In this document: one piece after another, positions 27,812 to 37,315 of the stretch
Numbering within the stretch: position 1 is the first letter of the stretch
Layout: each line of letters starts with the position of its first letter
From: an uncultured Desulfospira sp.
GTDB lineage: Bacteria > Desulfobacterota > Desulfobacteria > Desulfobacterales > Desulfobacteraceae
Assembly (NCBI GenBank): GCA_963663165.1
Contig: OY760175.1
Span: 6,656,001 to 6,720,000, forward strand
Direction of reading: 5' to 3'
Length of the DNA stretch: 64,000 nucleotides
The notes under the pieces: generated by a model
What the model saw: the letters and a program-made list of their open reading frames with translations, nothing else
Database searches by the model: none
What the model was told of the DNA's origin: nothing
Translations under genes and position numbers: made by a program

Positions 27812-28870
27812 ATGAGTGTTACCCTCAAAACAATAAGAACGGTCTGCCTGGCTTTGGCGGTGATGGTTGCCGCAGGCCTGGTGGCCGCGTCCCAGGGATT
27901 TGCCGGCGATAAGACCTACCATATCCGGTTCAGTACCTGGCATGTGCCCACAGGCGCTGATGTGCAGAAGCTGTGGATTCCCGTACTCGAAGAAATGAAA
28001 AAGAAAAGCAACGGCCGCCTGACCTATACCATGTATGCCGGCGGCGCCTTAGGGAAAGGCCCGGACCATTACGATATTGTTAAAACCGGATTGTCCGACA
28101 TGGGGTACGCCACCTTGAGCTGGACTCCGGGCCGGTTCCCCTTGTCCGATACCCTGTCCGCGCCGGTGACCTGTCCGTCCAAGATCAAGGCATCCATTGC
28201 CGGCAGGGCCATGTATGATAAAATTTTGAGCCCTGAATTTAAGGGGATCCATGTGCTTGAAATCAACAATTGTGTCATGGCCCATTTGTGGACCACCAAA
28301 CCGGTCCGGACCATGGAAGACCTTAAGGGGATGAAGATCAGGAGTCCGGGCGGCCTTCAGACCAAGGCCATTCAGGCCCTGGGCGCTACCCCGGTATTCA
28401 TGCCTTTGGGGGATGTGTACCTGTCCATGGAAACCGGTGTGATTGACGGTGTGGTGACCTGTCCGGCCCTGGTCCGGGCCTTTAAGTTGCATGAGGTTTC
28501 CAAATACTGTGTTCCCACCTCCTTTGGCTGCGTATCAGAAGGGCTGTTCATGAACCAGAAATTTTACGATAAACTGCCCGATGACCTTAAGGCCATTGTG
28601 GATGACGTGGGCGGCAATGCCTATCAGGTTGCCGGGATGTTTGACGAAACCTGGTACAACTTTGTCATGGCCCAGATCAGAAAAACCGTCAAGGTCGACC
28701 CCCTGTCTGCAGACGAACAGGCCCGCTGGGACAATGCCTTTAGGGACATGCTGGTGAACTGGTCCGATGAGCTTGAGAAAAAGGGCCTGCCCGCCCGGAA
28801 GGCCTTGACCATGTTTAAGGAGGAACTGGGTAAGGTAGGGGTGGATTTTAATGCATGTCCGGAGTTTTAA
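27812..28870 (+). CDS. dctP: TRAP transporter substrate-binding protein (DctP family)
   Basis: Signal peptide, DLKGMKIRSPG, ALGATPVFMP and YLSMETGVIDG. ATG 27812 preferred as start. Confidence 0.9.
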   Translation: MSVTLKTIRTVCLALAVMVAAGLVAASQGFAGDKTYHIRFSTWHVPTGADVQKLWIPVLEEMKKKSNGRLTYTMYAGGALGKGPDHYDIVKTGLSDMGYATLSWTPGRFPLSDTLSAPVTCPSKIKASIAGRAMYDKILSPEFKGIHVLEINNCVMAHLWTTKPVRTMEDLKGMKIRSPGGLQTKAIQALGATPVFMPLGDVYLSMETGVIDGVVTCPALVRAFKLHEVSKYCVPTSFGCVSEGLFMNQKFYDKLPDDLKAIVDDVGGNAYQVAGMFDETWYNFVMAQIRKTVKVDPLSADEQARWDNAFRDMLVNWSDELEKKGLPARKALTMFKEELGKVGVDFNACPEF

Positions 28871-28946
28871 AAGGATGAGGGATGAAGGATGAAAGGGGAC
28901 CTCATTCCTTTTAGTCTGACCCCTTAACCCAACAGGGATATTTAAA

Positions 28947-29507
28947 ATGGATCGGATGGCTGGCTTTGTTGCGGCCTTTAAGGTTTTTGTGGAAAAATTG
29001 GCCCGGATGGCCCTTTACCTTGGCATGGGCTGGGTCCTGGTGATGATGCTGGTGACCACGGTGGATGTGGCCGGCCGGTATTTTTTGTCCAAACCCCTGC
29101 CCGGGGCCATTGAACTCGGGCAGATCATGCTGGCGGTGTTCGGCATCCTGGGCATGGCCTATACCCATTTTTCCGGGGCCAATGTCCGGGTGACCATGTT
29201 TACCCGGCTGTTCGGGCCAAGGGTTCAAAGCGCATTGGAGGTCCTGGCCGGTGTCCTTTGCCTTCAGGTCATGCTCATGCTCACCTGGTACGGCGGCGTG
29301 ACCGCCATGGAAGAGCTTGCCGCCGGCACCACCACGGACCAGTTGAAAATACCCATTTATCCCCTGTACTGGCTTTTGAGCGTGGGCGCAGGCCTTTTAA
29401 GCCTTGTGATCCTTTCCCGGATCATGGAAAAGGGGCTTGAAATAGGAGGCCGGAGACCGGAAACGGGAGACCGGAAGAGAAAGACAGGGGGCGATAGACC
29501 GGTTTGA
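28947..29507 (+). CDS. dctQ: TRAP transporter small permease (DctQ)
   Basis: Four TM helices and DVAGRYFLSKPLPGAIEL. The C-terminal tail is encoded by heptamer repeats. Confidence 0.88.
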   Translation: MDRMAGFVAAFKVFVEKLARMALYLGMGWVLVMMLVTTVDVAGRYFLSKPLPGAIELGQIMLAVFGILGMAYTHFSGANVRVTMFTRLFGPRVQSALEVLAGVLCLQVMLMLTWYGGVTAMEELAAGTTTDQLKIPIYPLYWLLSVGAGLLSLVILSRIMEKGLEIGGRRPETGDRKRKTGGDRPV

Positions 29508-29632
29508 ACTTTTTGAGGCGAGAAAAAAGGGAAAAGGGATGGCGGATCAAATGCAGCGGGGAGCTGTTTGCCTTTTTTGTCCCCCCGATTGCTGATTTCC
29601 GGTTTCCGGCCTCCGGTCTCCGGCCTCCGGTC
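29446..29632. repeat. Inverted heptamer repeat arrays (GGAGACC / GGTCTCC type) between dctQ and dctM
   Basis: ggaggcc ggagacc ggaaacg ggagacc ggaagag, then ggtttcc ggcctcc ggtctcc ggcctcc. Similar units near 18686, 31756 and 36380-36460. Confidence 0.7.
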
Positions 29633-29643
29633 AGGAATTCTTC

Positions 29644-30945
29644 ATGGCCCCCCAGTTAATCGGCATTATCGGCATTGCAGGGCTTTTTTTGCTGCTGCTC
29701 ATTGGCATGCCCATTGGCTTTTCCCTGGCCTTTGTGGGGTTCTGGGGGATTGGCGCACTCACCGATGTGTCCGTGGCCCTGCCGTGTCTGTTACGTTCCT
29801 TTTACGGGACCTTTACCACCTATTCGTTTACGGTGATTCCGCTGTTTGTCCTCATGGGGGAACTGGCCACGGTATCGGGGTTGAGCCGGGGCATTTACAC
29901 GGTGGCGGACAAATGGTTTGCCCGCCTTCCCGGAGGCCTTGGCATTGCCACCATTGGTGCATGTTCGGGATTTTCCGCCATTTGCGGATCTTCTGTGGCC
30001 ACGGCTGCCACCCTGGGCAAGGTGGCCTTGCCGGAAATGGCCCGGTATCACTATGACACCCGCCTGTCCACGGGGGCTGTGTCTGCCGGCGGAACCCTGG
30101 GATTTCTGATCCCGCCCAGTATCGGGTTTGTGGTTTACGGGATTTTAACGGAACAGTCCATTGGAAAGCTTCTGGTTTCAGGGTTCATCCCCGGGATCAT
30201 CCTTGCCCTGGCCTATGCCGGCATTATTGTGGCCTGGGCCATGATCCATCCCGAGGCCGCGCCCGTGAACACCGAAAAGGTCAGTTTAAAAGAAAAGCTG
30301 GCCTGCCTGAAAACCGTCTGGGAACTGGTGGTGGTGTTTTTGCTGGTCATGGGGGGAATTTATCTGGGATTTTTTACCCCTACCGAGGCCGGGGCCGTGG
30401 GCGCGTTTTTCCTGCTCGCCGTTACCCTGCTGCGCCGCAAGCTTTCACGGCCTGCCATGGTTGAGGCCATGAAGTCCACCACAAAGGTATCGGTCATGAT
30501 TTTCATGATCCTGGCCGGGGCTTACGTGTTTACCTATTTCATGGCCCTGACCATGATTCCTATGAACCTGTCCGTTGCCCTGTCACAACTGGCCATGTCC
30601 CGGTATGTTGTCCTTGCCGTCATTCTTATGGGCTACCTGGTCCTGGGCTGTTTTCTGGATGCCACCTCCATGATGGTGTTGACCCTGCCGGTGATTTTTC
30701 CAACGATTTTAAAACTGGGGTTCAACCCCATTTGGTTCGGGGTGATCTCGGTTCTCATGATGGAGGCAGGGCTCATTACCCCGCCCCTGGGGCTGAATAT
30801 TTTTGTGATTTCCGGCGTGGCCGGTGTGCCCATGGAAACGGTTTTCAGAGGCGCGGTTTATTTTCTCCTGGCCATCTTTGCCGTGGTGGTCCTGGTCACG
30901 ATATTTCCCGGGCTGGTACTTTTTTTGCCCGGTATTATGGGGTAG
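29644..30945 (+). CDS. dctM: TRAP transporter large permease (DctM)
   Basis: IPLFVLMGEL, CGSSVATAA, GTLGFLIPPSI, FTPTEAG and ITPPLGLN. Confidence 0.92.
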   Translation: MAPQLIGIIGIAGLFLLLLIGMPIGFSLAFVGFWGIGALTDVSVALPCLLRSFYGTFTTYSFTVIPLFVLMGELATVSGLSRGIYTVADKWFARLPGGLGIATIGACSGFSAICGSSVATAATLGKVALPEMARYHYDTRLSTGAVSAGGTLGFLIPPSIGFVVYGILTEQSIGKLLVSGFIPGIILALAYAGIIVAWAMIHPEAAPVNTEKVSLKEKLACLKTVWELVVVFLLVMGGIYLGFFTPTEAGAVGAFFLLAVTLLRRKLSRPAMVEAMKSTTKVSVMIFMILAGAYVFTYFMALTMIPMNLSVALSQLAMSRYVVLAVILMGYLVLGCFLDATSMMVLTLPVIFPTILKLGFNPIWFGVISVLMMEAGLITPPLGLNIFVISGVAGVPMETVFRGAVYFLLAIFAVVVLVTIFPGLVLFLPGIMG

Positions 30946-31049
30946 GGTGAGTGCTTTGCCTGTGCTTTAAAAATAAATTTTGAATTTTTACAAGAAGGTA
31001 TTTATTTACTGTTGCTCATTGGTAAACGCAAATGGTATAATTTTTATTA

Positions 31050-31328
31050 ATGATAAAAAGTTTTAAACACAAAGGGTTAAAGAAATTTTTTACCACCGGC
31101 AGCACCGCCGGGATAAATCCGAACCATGCGCCAAAGATAGAGGTGCAATTGCAGGCATTGCACACGGCAATTGGTATTGATGATATGGATATCCCGGGTT
31201 GGCGCCTGCATCCCCTAAAGGGGGAGCTTGAGGGGCAATGGGCGATAGAGGTCAGTGGCAATTGGCGGATTGTTTTTGAGTTTGAAGATGGTCACGCAAA
31301 TGTCGTTGACTACAGGGATTACCATTAA
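31050..31328 (+). CDS. higB: HigB (RelE/ParE superfamily) toxin
   Basis: MIKSFKHKGLKKFF...PGWRLHPLKG...VSGNWRIVFEF...DYRDYH. Confidence 0.92.
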   Translation: MIKSFKHKGLKKFFTTGSTAGINPNHAPKIEVQLQALHTAIGIDDMDIPGWRLHPLKGELEGQWAIEVSGNWRIVFEFEDGHANVVDYRDYH

Positions 31329-31342
31329 AAAAAGGGAACCAT

Positions 31343-31651
31343 ATGGAGATAGAACAATTCAAACCTATCCATCCGGGAGAGTTTATAAAGAGGGTTTATA
31401 TGGAACCTTTTAAAATCGGCTCTAATGAATTAAGCCGGAGATTAAAGGTCAGCTCCGGGGCTGTCAGCCGTTTGCTGAACGCTAAAATGGATATTTCTCC
31501 GGCCATGGCATTAAAACTTTCCCAGGTGCTGGGCAGGTCGCCGGAAAGCTGGCTGCTCATGCAGGGAAATTACAATTTATGGAAGGAACGGCAGCAATTG
31601 GATTTGACCTTATATGAACCAATTGATTTTGCCCAATTGCAAGCCGGTTAA
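31343..31651 (+). CDS. higA: HigA antitoxin
   Basis: PIHPGEFI, HTH and ISPAMALKLS...SPESWLLMQ. Confidence 0.92.
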   Translation: MEIEQFKPIHPGEFIKRVYMEPFKIGSNELSRRLKVSSGAVSRLLNAKMDISPAMALKLSQVLGRSPESWLLMQGNYNLWKERQQLDLTLYEPIDFAQLQAG

Positions 31652-31752
31652 CCATTGTGCCAATGCCACGGGCGGCAGATTTTCTCCAACAGATTACTGC
31701 CCTCGTTGAGGATTAGCCCCAAAAGGCTCATGCCGAAGATGCCCACAAACAT
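31648..31752 (-). pseudogene. C-terminal remnant of a nitrate/sulfonate-type ABC permease
   Basis: MFVGIFGMSLLGLILNEGSNLLEKICRPW resembles the last TM helix of TauC/SsuC-like permeases. Only repeats lie upstream. Confidence 0.5.
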
Positions 31753-32116
31753 CAGTCTCCGGTCTCTTTTCTTCCGGTCTATCGTTTTCTTACATTGTCT
31801 AATTTACAAACGGTATCCCAAAACTATGCCGGTTATAAATGCGGTTCCCCTGGTGTTTGTGCAAAACCCTGTTGAAAAATGTGTGGATAAAGATTATTTT
31901 TGAATGAGCCCCTGACAGGGGCCCGTCGTTTGAGCATGGGAACCGCCGGGAATCAAGGACAATGAACACCTGAATTCCGGCTGGCTGTTAAGCCTGCTTG
32001 ATTTCAAACGGCTTGGCCAACAAGTGGATACCCCATGGCCGGACGGACCTTGGCGACTGATATTCTAAAGTCCCATCCGCATTTAATTTGTTGTCTTCGA
32101 TAAAGGAGGAAAGCTG

Positions 32117-32533
32117 ATGGCAAAGTGGATGACCATAAAAGAGGCGCTCGAAGAACTCGATATGTTTGCCCTTTATGATGATGTGATTGAGTCCTGGATC
32201 AATGAGCTTGAAAACTTGGCCCCCCTTGAGGTGGACCTCAATGATCTGCTGGAGGAACATGATGAGGAGTATGAATTTTTCCAGGATCAGGACGGGGACT
32301 GGGCTGAAAGCTTTGAGCGGAACTTAAAGGAAGCCATTACCATTATCCTGGAAGAGCAGGGCCATATCATTGATGATGAATTTTCCAACGGGGCCATGGA
32401 TGATGAGGATATGGAAGACTTGTATGAGGACGGGTTTGACGAGGACCCGGAAAAATCAGACCGCAGGCATGGGGCGGATATGGACGATTACGATGATTAC
32501 GACGGTTACGATAAAGAAGACGATTATTACTAA
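32117..32533 (+). CDS. Highly acidic hypothetical protein
   Basis: Strong RBS AAGGAGG and a D/E-rich 138-aa ORF. Confidence 0.75.
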   Translation: MAKWMTIKEALEELDMFALYDDVIESWINELENLAPLEVDLNDLLEEHDEEYEFFQDQDGDWAESFERNLKEAITIILEEQGHIIDDEFSNGAMDDEDMEDLYEDGFDEDPEKSDRRHGADMDDYDDYDGYDKEDDYY

Positions 32534-32622
32534 CGGCCACGGGCCGCCTTGGTTATCCAACCAAGCACCGCCCACAACAAATATTGAAAGTCTTCTCAGG
32601 ACCTTAGTGAGACTTTCTTATA
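32531..32622 (-). repeat. Two-hairpin modular repeat (family A), single copy
   Basis: Reverse complement tataagaaagtctcactaaggtcctgagaagactttc...gggcggtgcttggttggataaccaaggcggcccgtggccgtta. Confidence 0.85.
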
Positions 32623-32651
32623 AAAAAACTCTGGTGACTTAAGGATGCTTT

Positions 32652-33350
32652 ATGCAGATCAAACAATTCAAATACTCAGCAGATAATTTTGGTTATCTGA
32701 TCTGGTCGGACCGCACCTGTATGGCCGTGGACCCCGGCGCTGTGGCACCCATGCTGGAATTTACCGAATCCAGCGGCCTTGATCTGGCACTGGTCACCAA
32801 TACCCATCATCATCCGGACCATACGCCGGGAAATAAAGAAATTCTTAAAAAAACCGGGGCCCGGTTCCTGGACTGCCAAGGGTTTTCCGACGGGCAGCAG
32901 ATTGTCCTGGGCCAGGAGCCGGTTTCGGTTATCCTGACACCGGGGCACACCCTGGATTCGGTCTGCTTTGCCGCCTCTGATTTTCTGGTTACCGGGGATA
33001 CCTTGTTTAACGGCACCGTGGGGAACTGTTTTTCAGGGGACCTGGACGCGTTTTTTTATTCTTTGAAAAAGCTGATGGCATTTCCTGAACAGACCCAAAT
33101 TTATGCCGGCCATGATTATGTCCAGGAGGCCATGGCCTATGCCCGGATCATTGAAAAGGACAACCCCGATATTGATGCCTTCCTGGCATCTTACAGCCGT
33201 GATCCCGTGGTGTCCACTCTAGCCGATGAATTCAAAGTGAATCCCTATATCCGGTTTAATACCGACGCCGTAAAAAAACTTCTCAAGGACAGGGGACTTG
33301 CCTGCAAAACCGAACTTGAGCGGTTTAAATCCGTTATGGAAGTCTATTAA
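32652..33350 (+). CDS. gloB: Hydroxyacylglutathione hydrolase (glyoxalase II)-family MBL hydrolase
   Basis: THHHPDH, TPGHT, TGDTLF, GHDY and STLADEFKVNPY. Confidence 0.85.
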   Translation: MQIKQFKYSADNFGYLIWSDRTCMAVDPGAVAPMLEFTESSGLDLALVTNTHHHPDHTPGNKEILKKTGARFLDCQGFSDGQQIVLGQEPVSVILTPGHTLDSVCFAASDFLVTGDTLFNGTVGNCFSGDLDAFFYSLKKLMAFPEQTQIYAGHDYVQEAMAYARIIEKDNPDIDAFLASYSRDPVVSTLADEFKVNPYIRFNTDAVKKLLKDRGLACKTELERFKSVMEVY

Positions 33351-33457
33351 AAATTTGACACCGGCCGGTTTGTTTTTATTGTTAATTACGGCAGGCCAAA
33401 AAAATCGGCTGCCTTAAAACGAAATTAAACACAACAGGGCGGACCCGGCAACAAAGG

Positions 33458-34327
33458 GTGAACCAAAGACCGATGACTGACATTAAAAGCGGACCTGAAC
33501 CCGACGTTGAAAAGAGAATAAAAGCCCTTGGCCGGCAGGTGACCATTGAGTACCACCAATGCAGCCGAAAGGTTCTGCTGAGCCGGGAAGCGGTTGAACA
33601 GGCCATGCTGAGGGCCGCCAAGGTCAGCGGCGCCACGGTGGTGTCTGCGTCTTTTCATGAATTTGAGCCCCAGGGGGTCAGCGGTGTGGTGATTATTGCC
33701 GAATCCCACTTGACGGTTCATGCCTGGCCTGAATACCGGTATGCGGCCGTGGATATTTTTACCTGCGGCAGCCATCATATTTTTGAGCCGGCCATAGAAG
33801 CCCTGAAACAGGCCTTTCAGTCCGGAAAGATGATGATATCTTCGGACCTTTCACGGGGATTTATGCCTGAAGAACCAAATCCCCATGAAAAAATCGCCCA
33901 AAAGCCGGCAGATGACCTTGAAGTCCGGCTGGTTAAAACCGTTCCGGTGGATGTGTTGATAACCCTTTACAAGGAAGCCGGCTGGTGGGACGGCAACAGC
34001 AGCAATATTGAATTTTTGCGGCGGCTGGCAATGGATTCGGCCCTGTTTGCCGCAGCCTTTGTCAACGGGAAAATGGTGGGCATGGGCCGGGCCCTGTCTG
34101 ATCTGGTCAGTGATGCCTATATTCAGGACGTGACTGTGCTGAAGGCCTACAGGGGGCATGGCATCGGAGAGAAAATCATTCAAACGCTGATTGACGGATT
34201 AAAGAGAAACGGGGTGGACTGGATCGGGCTGGTGGCCGAACCCGGCACCTTTGAATTCTACGAGAAACTGGGGTTTAACAAGCTTGAAGGATATCTTCCC
34301 CTGAAGTTGGGGAGCAAGGAGACATAA
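33458..34327 (+). CDS. speD: Pyruvoyl-dependent S-adenosylmethionine decarboxylase domain fused to a GNAT acetyltransferase
   Basis: GVSGVVIIAESHLTVHAWPE...AVDIFTCG (E|S self-cleavage site), then GNAT YIQDVTVLKAYRGHGIG...FYEKLGF. Confidence 0.85.
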   Translation: MNQRPMTDIKSGPEPDVEKRIKALGRQVTIEYHQCSRKVLLSREAVEQAMLRAAKVSGATVVSASFHEFEPQGVSGVVIIAESHLTVHAWPEYRYAAVDIFTCGSHHIFEPAIEALKQAFQSGKMMISSDLSRGFMPEEPNPHEKIAQKPADDLEVRLVKTVPVDVLITLYKEAGWWDGNSSNIEFLRRLAMDSALFAAAFVNGKMVGMGRALSDLVSDAYIQDVTVLKAYRGHGIGEKIIQTLIDGLKRNGVDWIGLVAEPGTFEFYEKLGFNKLEGYLPLKLGSKET

Positions 34328-34333
34328 TTTAAG

Positions 34334-35269
34334 ATGCATACCCGATGTACCCAGGTATCATGTGATCATATGGAACAGACCATAAACTTTCCCTTTAAAA
34401 AAGGATTTACGCTTTCGGACATGGCGCTGATTACGTCCTATCAGGAGCAGTACGCCCCCATGTCATGTGAATATAACTTTGCCAACCTGTTTGCCTGGAA
34501 CGAGGCCTATACCCATTTGTGGTGTACCTATGAAGACCGGGTTCTCATTTATGACACCGCCCATAACCAGGCCTTTATGCCCATGGGGGAAGATTTCACC
34601 CCTGAAGAACTGTCCGGTCTTGCCCAATACCTGATCCGGGCGGGGCTATGCCCGGTCATCGGCCTGGTCTGCCGGGATTACCTGGAGTATTACCCGGAAG
34701 TTGAGAAGTTCTTTGCGGTGGAAGAAAACAGGGACCATGCCGAGTACCTTTATCTGACCCGAAAACTGCACTCCCTGCGGGGCACCAAACTCCACAAAAA
34801 GAAAAACCTGATCGCCCAGTTTAGTAATTTGTATCCCAACTACCGGATCAAAACCCTGGGACCCGAGGATTTAGAAGAGATAGAACACTTTTCAAGACAG
34901 ATGCTGGACCGGATGGACTCGCCGGATCAAAACCTTGAGAATGAGTACCGGGCCATTGTGAAGACAATGGAATATTTCAACGAGTTGAATATGGAAGGGC
35001 TCAGCCTGAGTGCGGAGGGCCGGATGATCGCCTTTAGCCTGTTCAGCCGGCTGAACCCGTTCACCTATGACATCCAGTTTGAAAAATCAGATTATGAATA
35101 CAAAGGGGCATCCCAGGTGATTAACTGGGAAACCGCCAAATTCTTGAAGGGAAAATGCCGGTATCTGAACCGGGAACAGGATCTGGGGATTAAAGGGCTG
35201 CGCCAGGCCAAGCTGTCGTATGACCCGGAGGCGCTGTTTATTCCCTATGTATTAAGATTTAAACAATAG
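34334..35269 (+). CDS. DUF2156-family (MprF-like aminoacyltransferase domain) protein
   Basis: CEYNFANLFAW, LRGTKLHKKKNLI, FEKSD and NREQDLGIKGLRQAKLSYDP. Confidence 0.85.
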   Translation: MHTRCTQVSCDHMEQTINFPFKKGFTLSDMALITSYQEQYAPMSCEYNFANLFAWNEAYTHLWCTYEDRVLIYDTAHNQAFMPMGEDFTPEELSGLAQYLIRAGLCPVIGLVCRDYLEYYPEVEKFFAVEENRDHAEYLYLTRKLHSLRGTKLHKKKNLIAQFSNLYPNYRIKTLGPEDLEEIEHFSRQMLDRMDSPDQNLENEYRAIVKTMEYFNELNMEGLSLSAEGRMIAFSLFSRLNPFTYDIQFEKSDYEYKGASQVINWETAKFLKGKCRYLNREQDLGIKGLRQAKLSYDPEALFIPYVLRFKQ

Positions 35270-35306
35270 TAAGACAGGATACCGGGCATTTTTTTGTCCG
35301 GCATCC

Positions 35307-36224
35307 TTATCGGCAGCCGATAGCGCCTTTGCCGCTTTCTTTGATCCTGAACATTTCCTGGTCGGCCAGGCCCAGCAGGCTTTTAACGTCGGTGGCATCG
35401 TCGGGAAAGGTGGCGATGCCGTAGCTGGCGCTTAAATTGACATTGCATCCGTCGCCCCGCAGGTAGATGGTCTGCGCCATGCGGTCCTGAATGTTCTCGG
35501 TCTTTTGAAGGGCCTTTTCCTTATCATATCCCGGCAGCACCGCCACAAATTCGTCTCCGCCGTAGGCAACCCCGTAGCAGGGTTCTGAGATGGATTCAAG
35601 GATGGTCTGGGCCACCTCATGGATGGCCCGGCTGCCGTTCAAATGGCCGTAGGTATCCACCACATGCTTGAAATTATCGATGTCCATGAACAGCAGCGAG
35701 AACGGGGTGCCGGTCATTTTGCTGCTTTCCAGCAGCCGCTTGAGTGCATCGTAAAGGTAGCGGGTATTATATAATCCGGTTAAATCGTCATGGATGGCCA
35801 GGTACCGAAGTTCCTGGTTGATCCGTTTTAATTCTTTTCGCGAGTGGCTCAGCTCTATCTGCGTTTTGACCCGGACCAGCAGTTCGGTCACATTAAAGGG
35901 TTTGGAGATATAGTCTACGGCCCCCACCTGAAACCCTTCCACAATGCTTTCCGTGTCGGTTTTGGCTGTAAGGAAAATGATGGGAATGTCCCGGAATTCA
36001 GAAGACCCCTTAAGGTGCCGGCAGACCTGAATTCCGTCCATTTCCGGCATCATGATGTCCAGTAAAATCAGATCCGGTGGATTTAAGGCAATGTCTTCTA
36101 TGGCCGATTTGCCGTCAATGGCCACGCTGACCTCATAGTCACTGCTGAGGACTTCCACAAGGATGTCAATATTGGCCTTTGTGTCGTCAACCACCATGAC
36201 CGTAAAATTTTCAAGGCTGCTCAC
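35307..36224 (-). CDS. Response regulator receiver plus diguanylate cyclase
   Basis: VVDD...PDLILLDIMMP...KPF receiver, DDLTGLYN, DIDNFK and GGDEF. Confidence 0.93.
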   Translation of the reverse strand: MSSLENFTVMVVDDTKANIDILVEVLSSDYEVSVAIDGKSAIEDIALNPPDLILLDIMMPEMDGIQVCRHLKGSSEFRDIPIIFLTAKTDTESIVEGFQVGAVDYISKPFNVTELLVRVKTQIELSHSRKELKRINQELRYLAIHDDLTGLYNTRYLYDALKRLLESSKMTGTPFSLLFMDIDNFKHVVDTYGHLNGSRAIHEVAQTILESISEPCYGVAYGGDEFVAVLPGYDKEKALQKTENIQDRMAQTIYLRGDGCNVNLSASYGIATFPDDATDVKSLLGLADQEMFRIKESGKGAIGCR

Positions 36225-36470
36225 GGGGGATTACCTTTTCTGATTGCGGTTATTTCGTCGGGTTTTTGAATTTAGATATCGTAACGTAATGAACCGATCA
36301 TACCATCATCAGGTGAAAGAGTAAATGCCGGCGGTCATGAATTTTTTGGGGGAGAAATTTAAAAAAGGGAAACGGGAAGAAAGGAGGCCGGAGAGCAGCA
36401 AACAGGAGGCCGCATATTGCGACTCCCTTAGGTTTACGCATCCGGTCTCCGGTCTCCGTTATTTCGTTTT

Positions 36471-37280
36471 TCAGCTTTCCTTTACCGGCCCGAACAGCCC
36501 TTCCCGGTAGCCGGTGATATATTCCATGCAGTATTCGTCCTGTCCTTTCAAGGCCTCTGTGGCGTAAATCAGCCCCATCATGTGCTTGTGCAGGGGATTG
36601 ATAATGGCCGAATCCATGCCCGCGCCCATGGCCAGGATCAAAAAGGCCTGGTTGACGAATTTCCGGGCCGGCAGGTTAAAGGAGATGTTTGAGGCCCCCC
36701 CGGTGATGTGAATGTCCGGATACCGCTGCTTGATTTCTTTCATGACCGTTAGAATCGGGTTGATCCCGTCTTCGGACGTACACAGCATTTCAACCAGGGG
36801 GTCAATGTGAAGGCGGGATGGGGCAATATTATGGGTTTTGGCTTTTTCCATAATGGCCTCAAATACCTCAAGCCGTTTTTCAGCGGTTTGGGGAATTCCG
36901 GTATCGTCGCATAACAGGGCCACGCATTCCCACGGGGTGTCGGCAATTTTAGGGAAAATCACATCAACCTTGTCCCCTTCCATGGACACGGAGTTGATCA
37001 GGCCGGGCCTGCTGCAAAAATCCATGACTTGAGCGCAGATTTTTGCATCAGGGCTGTCGATGGCGATAGGAACTTTTGTGACTTCCTGGACCAGGCCGAT
37101 GAGCCATTCCATGGTTTCAAGTTCAATTTTAACATCTGTGGATGCACAAACGTCAATATAGCTGGCACCAGCTTCGGCCTGAGCCGCTGCTATGGTTTTA
37201 ATAAATTCTGCGTCTTTTTCAGCAATGGCCTTTCCCACTGACGGGATGGCCCCGTTAATTTTTTCCCCGATAATGATCAT
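36471..37280 (-). CDS. Methyltetrahydrofolate:corrinoid methyltransferase (AcsE/MT2, pterin-binding)
   Basis: MIIIGEKIN, AIDSPD, INSVS, IDPLV and SNISFNLPAR. Confidence 0.9.
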   Translation of the reverse strand: MIIIGEKINGAIPSVGKAIAEKDAEFIKTIAAAQAEAGASYIDVCASTDVKIELETMEWLIGLVQEVTKVPIAIDSPDAKICAQVMDFCSRPGLINSVSMEGDKVDVIFPKIADTPWECVALLCDDTGIPQTAEKRLEVFEAIMEKAKTHNIAPSRLHIDPLVEMLCTSEDGINPILTVMKEIKQRYPDIHITGGASNISFNLPARKFVNQAFLILAMGAGMDSAIINPLHKHMMGLIYATEALKGQDEYCMEYITGYREGLFGPVKES

Positions 37281-37315
37281 AGGAATTACCTCCTTGGCGT
37301 TGGTCTGTATTCGGG

